Positions 10,305 to 19,982 of a stretch of DNA of 64,000 nucleotides are shown one piece after another. The DNA is taken from assembly GCA_033764955.1 (NCBI GenBank), contig JANRIL010000048.1:64001-128000 (forward strand), written 5' to 3'. Made by a program: the position numbers and the translations under genes. Under the pieces are notes generated by a model. The model was not told where the DNA came from. It did no database searches and saw only the letters and a list, made by a program, of their open reading frames with translations. This DNA is from Cyanobacteriota bacterium (GTDB lineage Bacteria > Cyanobacteriota > Cyanobacteriia > Thermostichales > Thermostichaceae). How positions within the stretch are numbered: the first letter of the stretch is position 1; each line of letters opens with the position of its first letter.

Positions 10305-10992
10305 GCCAACCTCGCCGCCGATCTAAGATCTTTTTGAGGATTCCTGGAAAATATTTTGGGGCAGGATCTCGTCGGCACAAGTTATTCTGATGCACCCGCC
10401 GCAACAGAACAGTTTGAGGCAACATCATTTCAACAAGTTTTTGGTCTTGAGCACGGGCATACCAATCCATAAAAAATCCACTATCAAAATCACCTATCTT
10501 CTCAAAAGAACAACGGTTGATCAGCATTGCCCCTCGTAGATAGCCACAGACAGGTTGCTCGTTAACTTTTAGTTTAGAACGCTCCTGTTCACTTAGATCT
10601 GGGCTAATAAATTGCTGTACATGACCAAAAACCATATCAACGTCTGGATTCTTCTGCATGGCATCTATTTGTGCAGATAGCTTTCGAGGCAGCCAAATAT
10701 CATCAGCATCGATAAAAGCTAAATAATTTCCCTGAGCCAGACGGATCCCTTGTTTAAGAGCTTCGGAGGCGCTATCTTTTGACTCCCAACATCCCTGCTT
10801 AACATAGTGAACAGGTTCTCCAAATGATTGAACAATAGAAGCAGATTGATCTGTAGAAAAATCATCAACAACAATAACCTCTAAAACAGGATAATCCTGA
10901 TCAAGAATAGATTGTATAGCATCACGAATATAAAGCTCACCATTATACATGGGTATAACAACACTAACTTGGAATAGGTTGGATAAGTGCAT
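10294..10992 (-). CDS. glycosyltransferase family 2
   Basis: SVVIPMYNGE, VVDDFSTD, AFIDADDIW. Confidence 0.92.
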   Translation of the reverse strand: MHLSNLFQVSVVIPMYNGELYIRDAIQSILDQDYPVLEVIVVDDFSTDQSASIVQSFGEPVHYVKQGCWESKDSASEALKQGIRLAQGNYLAFIDADDIWLPRKLSAQIDAMQKNPDVDMVFGHVQQFISPDLSEQERSKLKVNEQPVCGYLRGAMLINRCSFEKIGDFDSGFFMDWYARAQDQKLVEMMLPQTVLLRRVHQNNLCRRDPAPKYFPGILKKILDRRRGWHEN

Positions 10993-11030
10993 ATCTAAAG
11001 TTCACAACTAAGATGTGGTGAGAGGTTCAG

Positions 11031-11924
11031 TTAATTCAACCAGCTTGATAGATCAGTTTGTATCAAATCCTGAAGATGAAGAATGTCATCACGAAAATAT
11101 TCAGTAAGTTCTCCTCTCATATCCAAATCTAGGGGAGGAATGGTTTGTTTGGGTAAATAATGAGATAGGCGGAGAGGCCATTGTACATAAGGTTCAAGTT
11201 CAGGGTTAAACATTGTTCTTCCATGAATGAATACAAAAGCTTTTCTGTATAAGAGGTTACCAAAAAGAATTTGACCTAAGAGAGGAAACTTGGGGATCCA
11301 GCCCGGATTTGAGTGAGGAAACTTTATGTCAAAAGATGAGATTGATAGAAAGGAAAAGATTTTTTCAAGAATTGCAACTTGTTTTTCTTGAACGTGTGTG
11401 GTTAAATCCTCAAATAAAATGGGCAAAACTTGGTCTTTATCAAAAAGATTGTAATATCGTTTGAGGCAACTGAAGTACATGCCTCGTGCTCTATAATTAA
11501 AAGGACCCGCCTCTGAGCTATTCTTCATCGCCAAATAGAAATCTAAACCAGACTCTCTACCTAAACGAACTTCATGGTTAAAGTGAGCATAAGCCCGATC
11601 AACAGGATGACGAAGAGTAGCTAGAAGTTTCACCTGAGGGATGAGTTTATTAATGCGCTGGGGAGCGTTAGGGCAAGAAAGATATGCAGTTGTTGCTTCT
11701 CCACATAGCTGACCCTCTTTAGCCTCCTCAAAAAACTGACTATACTTTCTCACTTCTGGGGTAGACATTAGATTATGATTTTGCCAGCATGGTAAGTCTT
11801 TATTAAAAAATCGAAGCTCCTTAATTTGACTCATATAAATATCGGGATGTTGGGCAAGAAAGTGGTATAGGGATGAACTGCCTGCTTTATGTGCACCAAT
11901 AACTAACAGATTCGGCAGTTTCAT
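11031..11924 (-). CDS. sulfotransferase (heparan-sulfate N/3-O-sulfotransferase-like fold)
   Basis: 5'-PSB loop IGAHKAGSSSL, GEATTAY, 3'-PB motif LRHPVDRAYA. Confidence 0.9.
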   Translation of the reverse strand: MKLPNLLVIGAHKAGSSSLYHFLAQHPDIYMSQIKELRFFNKDLPCWQNHNLMSTPEVRKYSQFFEEAKEGQLCGEATTAYLSCPNAPQRINKLIPQVKLLATLRHPVDRAYAHFNHEVRLGRESGLDFYLAMKNSSEAGPFNYRARGMYFSCLKRYYNLFDKDQVLPILFEDLTTHVQEKQVAILEKIFSFLSISSFDIKFPHSNPGWIPKFPLLGQILFGNLLYRKAFVFIHGRTMFNPELEPYVQWPLRLSHYLPKQTIPPLDLDMRGELTEYFRDDILHLQDLIQTDLSSWLN

Positions 11925-13066
11925 GGAAATCCTTCTCCGTCCAATTGCTGATAAATGCGGCTAAAAGTGCTAGCACAACGATCTAAACTGAATATTTCTA
12001 TGGAGCGGCGACGGGCTGCTAGACCCATATTTTCTGCAATTTGTGGATGCTCAAGCAGATGAATAACTGAGGATACTAACCCTTGCTGATCATCTCGCTC
12101 AATCAGTAAGCCCGTTTCATTGTCCACAACAATTTCTGGGATCCCACCATCTCGCGTGGCAACAATTGGTCTTGCCATCTGAGCTGCTTGCAGAGCCACA
12201 AGACCAAAAGGTTCATTCCAACGAGAGGGCATTAAAATTATGCTAACAGAGTTTAGCAATGCGGCTACCTTATCTTTTTCAACCCATCCTAAAAATTTAA
12301 CTTGGTTGCTAATCTCTAAAGCCTCAACAAGATCAACTAAAGCAGGCATTTCTGGTCCACCGCCTGCAATGATCAGTTGACAATCTGGAATTTTTTTTAA
12401 AATTGAGGGCATAGCTTTTATTGCTAAATCAAATCCTTTATGTGGAACAATACGACCCAAACATAATAGCTTAGGGGGACTAAAAGTAATTGTTTCGGGG
12501 ATAGCATCAGGAATATAAAGACCATTATAGACAAGTTCAGCCTTATGAGAGATTTCGGGGAAAACCGCTAAAAAATCCTTCATGAGTGATTCTGATACGG
12601 CAGTTATTCGCTGAGCTTTACTTAAAACCTTTGTAATTATGGACTCCGAGTTGATTGTAATTTCAGGGTGAAAAATTGGATTAAGTGGTGAATGAAGAGA
12701 ATAAAGAATAGGTATATCCTTGATTTTTGACATCCTTATTATTCTTTCAAAAAAGAATATACTTGGAGATTGAGTATTAACATGTAAGATATTAGGATTA
12801 AACTTAACGATGATCTCACAAATTATTGTAATTAGATCTTTCATTCTCTTGAGATCATGATCATCGAGGATTTTACGAAATGGGAAACGATGTACGGAAA
12901 GATTAGTATTGGTGCTGTCTGGAAGATCTGATTTACGAACTTTGTTGGAGGTAATAACGCAAAACTGATGCCCCTGTTGACAGAGGTAAGTGATCAGATC
13001 AGATGATAGGATCTCAACTCCTCCAATGTCTGGGAAAAATTGCTCGGACCAGTAAAGCACTTTCAT
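11921..13066 (-). CDS. glycosyltransferase family 4
   Basis: IGGVE, GRIVPHKG, EPFGLVALQA, GGIPEIV. Confidence 0.92.
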   Translation of the reverse strand: MKVLYWSEQFFPDIGGVEILSSDLITYLCQQGHQFCVITSNKVRKSDLPDSTNTNLSVHRFPFRKILDDHDLKRMKDLITIICEIIVKFNPNILHVNTQSPSIFFFERIIRMSKIKDIPILYSLHSPLNPIFHPEITINSESIITKVLSKAQRITAVSESLMKDFLAVFPEISHKAELVYNGLYIPDAIPETITFSPPKLLCLGRIVPHKGFDLAIKAMPSILKKIPDCQLIIAGGGPEMPALVDLVEALEISNQVKFLGWVEKDKVAALLNSVSIILMPSRWNEPFGLVALQAAQMARPIVATRDGGIPEIVVDNETGLLIERDDQQGLVSSVIHLLEHPQIAENMGLAARRRSIEIFSLDRCASTFSRIYQQLDGEGFP

Positions 13067-13068
13067 AG

Positions 13069-14181
13069 CTAACTTAATAATAAATCAAAAACACACTGGT
13101 AAACTGCTTTTAGATCCTGCCCAACCTTAAACTGATAAACAGGCAACTGCTTAACTAGCTTACCTATACTTGTGAAAGTCCAATCCCTTGATCCGGCTAA
13201 GGATGTTAGAATTCTTAAGGTGCTAGGGGCTAGGGTACGGATCCCTTGAGTCGGGCTAGCAAGTATTAGCTGACTAGAATGACTATCCACGATTTGTGGC
13301 ATCAGTATAGCTTTAATTGGTAATGAAGGCATAACTCTCTCAGGGGTATGTTGTGCAGTGAATAACACTGCTTTCTCGTGATCCCAAAAAGAGAAAGAAG
13401 GTAGCGGTTGATCCAATCTTTCAAAGAGTTTTTGACTGTTAAGAGAAAGTTTTCCTGTGTTGTATAAGCTAAAAACTCTTGGATCAGGTTCTAATGAAAC
13501 CATACAAAAATCATCACTGATATAGTTCATACCCTGATGCCAGCAAGCTAAGGCAGTGGTTGACTTACCAGCTCCACCATCTCCTACAATTAAAATACAG
13601 CTCTGTGAAGTGCCAACTGCCGCAGCGTGCAAAAAAAACAACTGTTTCCTTTCTAGCCACCAGAGCAGTATCCTAACAAGCGGTGCAGCTCTTTCATAAC
13701 TAATATCATAATTCTCAAAATCATGGATGCTTTCCATCCAAAATATGCCCTGCTGAGAGCGGAAATCTAAGATATTGATGACTTTAGGTTGAGTGCCAAT
13801 TGTTACTTTAATGTGATCTTTACAATTGTTCGCAACTTGTCCCGCACTCCAATAGTCAGCATGAGAAATTCCCAGGCTAGGTATAGCCATATTTGTTGAG
13901 TGGGCATCCCAGATAAAAATGGTCAAGGCAGGCTGACTTGACTGGGATGAGCTTTCTTGATCCGATGGTTTCCATGATAGATGGGCAAAAGCAGGTGTGA
14001 GGCAGTCAACCAATGATGAACCAATAAAGTTTAACTGAATATGGTAGCCAGCTATTAAGTAGTTTTTTACCGTTATGTCAGAAATGTCCCTGATTTTTTG
14101 AAATTGCTCAGTGACTGCCCAATATACTTTATGACTAGGGTCATATTCTGACATAATCAATTTTTGGTTACGATCGGCCAC
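13069..14181 (-). CDS. HPr-kinase-like serine/threonine kinase
   Basis: FLHAAAV..ILIVGDGGAGKSTT Walker A and YISDD, the HprK C-terminal domain signature; start could be 14154. Confidence 0.85.
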   Translation of the reverse strand: MADRNQKLIMSEYDPSHKVYWAVTEQFQKIRDISDITVKNYLIAGYHIQLNFIGSSLVDCLTPAFAHLSWKPSDQESSSQSSQPALTIFIWDAHSTNMAIPSLGISHADYWSAGQVANNCKDHIKVTIGTQPKVINILDFRSQQGIFWMESIHDFENYDISYERAAPLVRILLWWLERKQLFFLHAAAVGTSQSCILIVGDGGAGKSTTALACWHQGMNYISDDFCMVSLEPDPRVFSLYNTGKLSLNSQKLFERLDQPLPSFSFWDHEKAVLFTAQHTPERVMPSLPIKAILMPQIVDSHSSQLILASPTQGIRTLAPSTLRILTSLAGSRDWTFTSIGKLVKQLPVYQFKVGQDLKAVYQCVFDLLLS

Positions 14182-14594
14182 CCATCCTCGCCAACCTCAT
14201 GAATGGGATCAAGGACAAGTAGATGCTGCATGTCAGCATAGCATTCTAACTTTGGAGCCTCGTAGACGATTTTTGTAGTTTCAGTAGTGGTAAGATTAGT
14301 AGCTAGTTCATCTGAAAGGCTATCTTTCATGATAATAAGTTGATACTCGTGTAGATGATCCAAAAATGTTTTTACATCAGAAGCAAACCCAAGTGGAGGA
14401 TCCCTGAAAACCTGGGGTATTTTACTAATGAGTTCATCCAGTGATATTCCCTCTTCCAGAAATCTCCAAATTTGTGTTCCTGACTGATTCAGACTAAAAT
14501 AAAGACCTGTTTCTAGATAAACAACAATAACTTCATCTCCGAAGTCTTCATAGCTGATTGCGGTGGAATTAATGAGCACAGTTTTGACATCCAT
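14157..14594 (-). CDS. PqqD-family / RiPP recognition element protein with C-terminal extension
   Basis: EVIVVYLETGLYFSLNQSGTQIWRFL..DVKTFLDHLHEYQLI is the PqqD/RRE pattern; tail YEAPKLECYADMQHLLVLDPIHEVGEDGWP. Confidence 0.87.
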   Translation of the reverse strand: MDVKTVLINSTAISYEDFGDEVIVVYLETGLYFSLNQSGTQIWRFLEEGISLDELISKIPQVFRDPPLGFASDVKTFLDHLHEYQLIIMKDSLSDELATNLTTTETTKIVYEAPKLECYADMQHLLVLDPIHEVGEDGWPIVTKN

Positions 14595-15137
14595 ATTTCT
14601 TGAGCTTAGTAAAAACGGAGCATCATTAATCCTTTATTAGCTTCTTGCAGGCGCTAGCGTGGTGAGCAATTTCTGAATGACTTCGCTTGCTTATGGCAAT
14701 GTATATTCAGTAAAACTCGGAAGAAGTCAATATCCTACAAACACTAATACCTCAGATGATCAATAGATGCAACCGTCTTGAACCAATAAAATTTGAACAA
14801 GGTGAATATGCAGAAGCACATCGTGCCAATAGGTGAGTTTCTTTTAATCTCGATGACACCTCTGTTCAGAATCTTGAGAGGTTCCAATAGTTCTGAAGCT
14901 CCTGGTAGACTTACGTTTAAGCTTCTTGAACAGGTAGTTGAGGATGATCAAGGGTTAGTTGGTTGGCTAGGAGAAGAATGTCGAGGGCAACCTACCCTAG
15001 TAGCTCCCCCTATAATCCCCTTCCCTGGCTAGTTTTCTGGCATTCGGTCATCAAACTAGCTGACATTCTTACCAATCTGCTCTAATCTAGCGGACAGCCC
15101 ACGTTTCACAAAACGCTAGGAACAAAGGATCGGGATT

Positions 15138-16289
15138 ATGGCAGAAGGGGAGTACAAGCCGGGGTTAGAGGGGGTGCCTGCTACTAGCTCGAACATCAGT
15201 TTTGTGGATGGGCAAGTCGGATTGTTGGAATATCGCGGGATCCCGATTACCGAACTCACCACCCATAGTACCTTTTTAGAAACGGCGCATCTGCTGATCT
15301 ATGATCACCTACCCACTCAGACCGATCTGGAAGAATTTGAACAGGCTATTGTTGGGCATCGTCGCGTCAAGTACCGAATCATCGACATGATCAAATCCTT
15401 TCCTGAATCTGGTCACCCGATGGACGCCTTGCAAACCTGTGTGGCTGCCTTGGGTTTATTTTATCCGATTCAAGAATATTCCCATGATTATGTATTTGGC
15501 ACCGTAACTCGCCTGCTAGCCAAAGTTCCCACTTTAGTGGCTGCCTTTCATCAAATGCGGCAAGGCAACGATCCGATTCCTCCCCGCGATGATCTGGATC
15601 ATTCCGCTAATTTTCTCTATATGCTTTCGGGGCAAGTTCCGGATCCGGCACTGTCTAAAATTTTTGATACCTGCTTGATCATGCACGCCGAACATACGGT
15701 GAATGCCTCCACCTTTGCTTTATTGGTGACGGCTTCCACATTAGCCAATCCTTATAGCGCGATTGCTTCTGCCATTGGCACCCTCTCTGGACAATTGCAT
15801 GGGGGTGCCAATGAACAGGTGATGGTGATGCTGCGACAAATTGGTTCGGTAGAAAATGTTCGCCCCTTTATTGAGGAGAAACTAGCTAAAAAACAAAAGA
15901 TTATGGGGATTGGCCATCGGGTCTACAAAGTTAAAGATCCGCGAGCGATCATTCTACAAAAGTTTGCGGAAGCGATGTTCACCGGCAAGGAACATAGCAA
16001 ATTTTATGACATTGCTTTAGAGGTGGAAAAGGTCTGTGAGGAATTGGTGGGAGCCAAAGGCATTTATCCCAACGTCGATTTTTATTCCGGTTTGGTCTAT
16101 GCCAAGTTAGGGATCCCGGAGGATTTGTTTACCCCTGTATTTGCTATTTCGCGGGTGGCTGGATGGTTAGCCCATTGGCGGGAGCAGCTCTCCGATAACC
16201 GTCTTTTCCGCCCTACCCAGGTTTATACCGGATTGCGGGATCAATCTTATGTTCCCTTGGCAGAGCGGGTTTATCCGACTTCGGCATGA
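15138..16289 (+). CDS. gltA: citrate synthase
   Basis: GLEGV, HAEHTVNAST, LHGGANE, GIGHRVYK..DPR, PNVDFYSG. Confidence 0.97.
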   Translation: MAEGEYKPGLEGVPATSSNISFVDGQVGLLEYRGIPITELTTHSTFLETAHLLIYDHLPTQTDLEEFEQAIVGHRRVKYRIIDMIKSFPESGHPMDALQTCVAALGLFYPIQEYSHDYVFGTVTRLLAKVPTLVAAFHQMRQGNDPIPPRDDLDHSANFLYMLSGQVPDPALSKIFDTCLIMHAEHTVNASTFALLVTASTLANPYSAIASAIGTLSGQLHGGANEQVMVMLRQIGSVENVRPFIEEKLAKKQKIMGIGHRVYKVKDPRAIILQKFAEAMFTGKEHSKFYDIALEVEKVCEELVGAKGIYPNVDFYSGLVYAKLGIPEDLFTPVFAISRVAGWLAHWREQLSDNRLFRPTQVYTGLRDQSYVPLAERVYPTSA

Positions 16290-17038
16290 TCTGGCTGATT
16301 GGGGGAACCCAAGAAAGTAGGGCAATTGCTCATCTGCTGGATGGGGCAGCTTATCCCTGGGTTGTCACCGTCACAACCCCCACGGCTACTCGACTTTATC
16401 AAGGGTGTAAGGGATCCCTTTGGGTGGGATGTTTGGATACCCAATCGCTGGATAAGTTTTTGCTCCAATACTCTATCCAATGGATTGTAGATGCCTCCCA
16501 CCCCTTTGCTACCCAAATTTCCCAGTTGGCTATCCAAGCGGCTCAGCACCATCAGTTGCCCTATTTGCGGTTTGAACGACCCTACTTACCCGTTAACTCG
16601 CAGGTGGAGGTTGTTCCCGATTGGCCAGCCCTTTTGCAGGATGATTATTTATGTCACCGACGTATTTTATTAACCGTTGGCGTGAAGGCTTTGCCCTATT
16701 TTTTGCCCTGGTTAATCGCTAGTCAATTTTGGGCGAGAATCCTGCCTTCCTCTCTAGGGCAAGCCATGGCGATGGGGTTCTCAAGGGAACAGTTGATTCC
16801 TTTGCGGCTACCCCTTACACTGACTCAAGAAATCGACCTCTGGCGGGACTTAGCAGTTGATACCGTTATCACAAAATCATCGGGAGAAAGTGGAGGACTT
16901 GCCATTAAACAGGCGGCAGCCACTCAACTGGGGGTGAGATTATTAGTAGTTGAACGCCCTCCCTTGCTATACCCTCAACAAACTTCCAAATTCGATACTG
17001 TTTTAGCTTTTTGTCGGGATCCCTTTTCATTCACTTAG
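16286..17038 (+). CDS. cobK: cobalt-precorrin-6A / precorrin-6A reductase
   Basis: IWLIGGTQES, VDASHPFA, YLRFERP, TKSSG; 4-nt overlap with gltA. Confidence 0.92.
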   Translation: MIWLIGGTQESRAIAHLLDGAAYPWVVTVTTPTATRLYQGCKGSLWVGCLDTQSLDKFLLQYSIQWIVDASHPFATQISQLAIQAAQHHQLPYLRFERPYLPVNSQVEVVPDWPALLQDDYLCHRRILLTVGVKALPYFLPWLIASQFWARILPSSLGQAMAMGFSREQLIPLRLPLTLTQEIDLWRDLAVDTVITKSSGESGGLAIKQAAATQLGVRLLVVERPPLLYPQQTSKFDTVLAFCRDPFSFT

Positions 17039-17120
17039 CAATTTCCCTCCACCTCGATGGATCAAGCGATACCCTGGAGGGGTAAACTTTTGTAGCTGCT
17101 GGGTGTCGAGTTTAACTGCC

Positions 17121-18515
17121 ATGAGAGAAAAACCCTTGCGAGTTGTGATCGTTCGCCACGGTGAAAGCACCTTCAATATCGAAAAACGCATCCAGGGGCG
17201 CTCCGATCAGGCGGTGCTGACGAATCACGGCCAAACCCAAGCCCAAGCGGTCGCCCAAGCTCTCGCTCCGCTGCCTATTCATCTGGCCTTCAGTAGCCCC
17301 CTGCAACGGGCGCAGCGAACCGCCCAGATCATCCTGGCGGAACGTGACGGCATCCCTTTCGTCAGCACCGATCTCTTGCGGGAGATTGATCTGACGGCCT
17401 GGGAGGGATTGACTTTTGCCGAGGTCAAGCAAAAATTTCCAGAGGATCATCAACGCTGGCGCTACCATCCCCATTTGCTGTCTCTCCACCAACGCTATCC
17501 GGTGGTCGATCTCTGGCAACAGGCTCAAGACTTTTGGACTTATCTTGGGCAGGAAATGGAGAAGATCTCGCCTAATGGGGATGAAGAGTCGGATCCGTCC
17601 CCCATGACCATTTTGGTTGTCGGACACAGTGGCATCAACCGCGCCTTGATCGGGGCAAGCACGGGCATTCATTGCCAGCACTACCACCGCTTCGGGCAGG
17701 ATAACTGTGCCCTATCAATTCTGAACTTTCCCCACGGTTTAAACCATCCCGCCCAGTTAGAGTCCCTCAACCTCACCCATCATTTAGGGGATCCCTTGCC
17801 CCAATCAAAAGGGGGATTGCGTTTGCTGTTAGTGCGCCACGGGGAGACTCAGTGGAACCGTGAACAACGCTTTCAGGGACAAAAAGATATCCCCCTCAAT
17901 GCCACCGGAGAGGAGCAGGCGCAGCAAGTCGGCGCTTTTTTGGCATCCCAGTCCATTGATCTGGCTTTTTCTAGCCCTTTGTTGCGCCCTTGGGCAACCG
18001 CTATGGCCATTTGCCAGCAACATGCTAGCCAGTTGGGATCCCCCTTAGATCTGGTGCCTTTGCCCGATTTACAAGAAATCTGTCATGGAGAGTGGGAGGG
18101 CAAACTGCAAAGGGAGATTGAAGCGGAATATCCTGGGCTACTGGAACAATGGCAGCAGGCTCCCGCGACGGTGGATATGCCCTGCGGAGAAAATCTGCAA
18201 CAGGTTTGGCAACGCGCTCAACAAGCCTGGAATACCATCTTGGAAAAGTCGGCTCAAACCCTAGCCAACCCATCAGCGGAGAGTCCCCATCTGACTACGC
18301 TGGTGGTCGCCCACGATGCCATCAACAAAGCAATTCTCTGTCAGCTTTTTGATCGTTCCCCAGAAGCGTTTTGGCTATTTAAGCAAGGGAATGGGGCCGT
18401 CACAGTGATTGACTATCCTGAAGGGGCAGAAGGGTTTCCTGTCCTGCGTTGCCTGAATATCACCAGTCATCTAACGGGGGGAGTCTTAGACAGCACCGCT
18501 GCCGGAGCCTTATAA
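17121..18515 (+). CDS. tandem-domain histidine phosphatase (phosphoglycerate mutase family)
   Basis: two RHGE motifs, each followed by SSPL and a GH/AH catalytic His. Confidence 0.9.
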   Translation: MREKPLRVVIVRHGESTFNIEKRIQGRSDQAVLTNHGQTQAQAVAQALAPLPIHLAFSSPLQRAQRTAQIILAERDGIPFVSTDLLREIDLTAWEGLTFAEVKQKFPEDHQRWRYHPHLLSLHQRYPVVDLWQQAQDFWTYLGQEMEKISPNGDEESDPSPMTILVVGHSGINRALIGASTGIHCQHYHRFGQDNCALSILNFPHGLNHPAQLESLNLTHHLGDPLPQSKGGLRLLLVRHGETQWNREQRFQGQKDIPLNATGEEQAQQVGAFLASQSIDLAFSSPLLRPWATAMAICQQHASQLGSPLDLVPLPDLQEICHGEWEGKLQREIEAEYPGLLEQWQQAPATVDMPCGENLQQVWQRAQQAWNTILEKSAQTLANPSAESPHLTTLVVAHDAINKAILCQLFDRSPEAFWLFKQGNGAVTVIDYPEGAEGFPVLRCLNITSHLTGGVLDSTAAGAL

Positions 18516-18548
18516 GATTTTTTCGAGGAGCGAGCAGCCAACCATCTC

Positions 18549-19210
18549 TCAATCGGATCCCAAATGACCCAGCGCGGCGATGACTTGCTTGGGCAAATCC
18601 AATGGGGATCCCGAATTATCAATCACCCGATCCGCTTGGGGAATTTTTTGGCTGAGGGGCCACTGACTGAGCAGACGGTTCTGAAGATCGGCTGGCGAGA
18701 GATCAGGATCCCGTTTTTGCAAGCGCTCTCGCTGTTGGGCTGCCGTACAGATAACCAACCAAATTTCGTTGACCAAATCAGTCATATTGGCTTCAAAAAG
18801 TAGTGGGATCATCAAGCAAACGGTTGGGGCGCTAGCATAATGGTTCAAAAAAAAAACAACTCCTGTCGGACAACGGGATGAATTTGCTCCTCCAACCAAC
18901 GGCGCTGTTCAGGATTAGCAAAAATGGTTTGCCCCAAAGCGCGGCGATTTAGGGATCCCTGCTCATCAAGAATCTCAGTGCCAAAATGCTGGATCACCCG
19001 TTGCTCAATCAGGGATCCGCGGGTGAGTGCCTGTCGCGCCAATTGATCCGCATCCGCCAAGGGGATCCCTTGCTGCCGAAGCAACTGGGCGACGGTTGAT
19101 TTGCCCGTAGCAATGCCTCCGGTTAACCCAATGATCCGTTGGGGAGCGGGTTGTTTCGACAACCATTCAGAGGATTTCAAGGGGGCAGTTAAGGAGGTGC
19201 TATCCACCAT
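18549..19210 (-). CDS. coaE: dephospho-CoA kinase, split by a frameshift at a 10-nt homopolymer (18847-18856)
   Basis: N-half has IGLTGGIATGKST and IHPVVR; C-half has IPLLFE, SQWPL and ADRVIDNSG in another frame; the junction is at the A10 run. Confidence 0.9.
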
Positions 19211-19230
19211 CCCTTGCCAATCGACGGATT

Positions 19231-19866
19231 TCATTTGCTTTCTGAACCCGATAAAGCTGTCGTTATTCCCAGACCAATATACACACCACCTGCAAAATAG
19301 CGCTGACCCTTCAAAAAACGCTGATTTTTCTGGAACCAATGGCCAACCGATCCAGCCAATAGGGCATAGATTCCATCGCTGATCGTTGCCAACAATACAA
19401 ACAAGCCCCCCAAAAATAACATCTGCAAGGTAACATTCCCTTTGGAAATATCGATAAATTGTGGGAGAAAAGCAAAAAAGAAGAAAGCGGTTTTTGGATT
19501 CAATAGATTGACAATGACACCCTGCCAGAAGATTTGCAGCAAGCTGGCTCGCCCAGCCATTTTCTCCCGCTGTGCGTCTTCACGGGACAACAGTTTATGA
19601 ATGCCCAGGAAAATCAGATAAGCTGCGCCCAGGTACTTGACAATATTGAAGGCTAATGCCGATGACAATAGCAGGGCTGAAACACCGCAGGCTGCCGCCG
19701 CCACATGAAACAGAGTACCCAACTCCAAACCCAGAACCGAAGCAAAGCCAGCCATTCTTCCTTGATTGACGCTACGGGCAATAATATAGAGAACAGCCGG
19801 CCCAGGAGTTAAAAGAAGGACTAAAGAAGCGGCGATAAACAAGTATATTTGGGGGAGTTCCGGCAT
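19231..19866 (-). CDS. LysE/RhtB family translocator
   Basis: TPGP, KYLGAAYL, NLLNPK..FFFAFLPQF. Confidence 0.92.
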   Translation of the reverse strand: MPELPQIYLFIAASLVLLLTPGPAVLYIIARSVNQGRMAGFASVLGLELGTLFHVAAAACGVSALLLSSALAFNIVKYLGAAYLIFLGIHKLLSREDAQREKMAGRASLLQIFWQGVIVNLLNPKTAFFFFAFLPQFIDISKGNVTLQMLFLGGLFVLLATISDGIYALLAGSVGHWFQKNQRFLKGQRYFAGGVYIGLGITTALSGSESK

Positions 19867-19982
19867 TGAGTCTCTCCGTTCCAGCATGAATAGTTATTCA
19901 CTTTATCTCAAAAGACAACCATGACGAGAATCCCTCATGAATGGTATAGAAGTATGACCATTTCCATCCTCCTCAACCCCTG

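Noticed and set aside
9138..14594. PQQ biosynthesis or a complete lasso peptide cluster
   Set aside because: No pqqA/B/C/E, lasso cyclase or B2 peptidase in the window
14595..15137. Free-standing RiPP precursor upstream of the RRE gene, including ORF 14793-15032
   Set aside because: I found no short ORF with a leader motif or RBS on the operon strand; the listed ORF is on the other strand with a TTG start and no recognisable features
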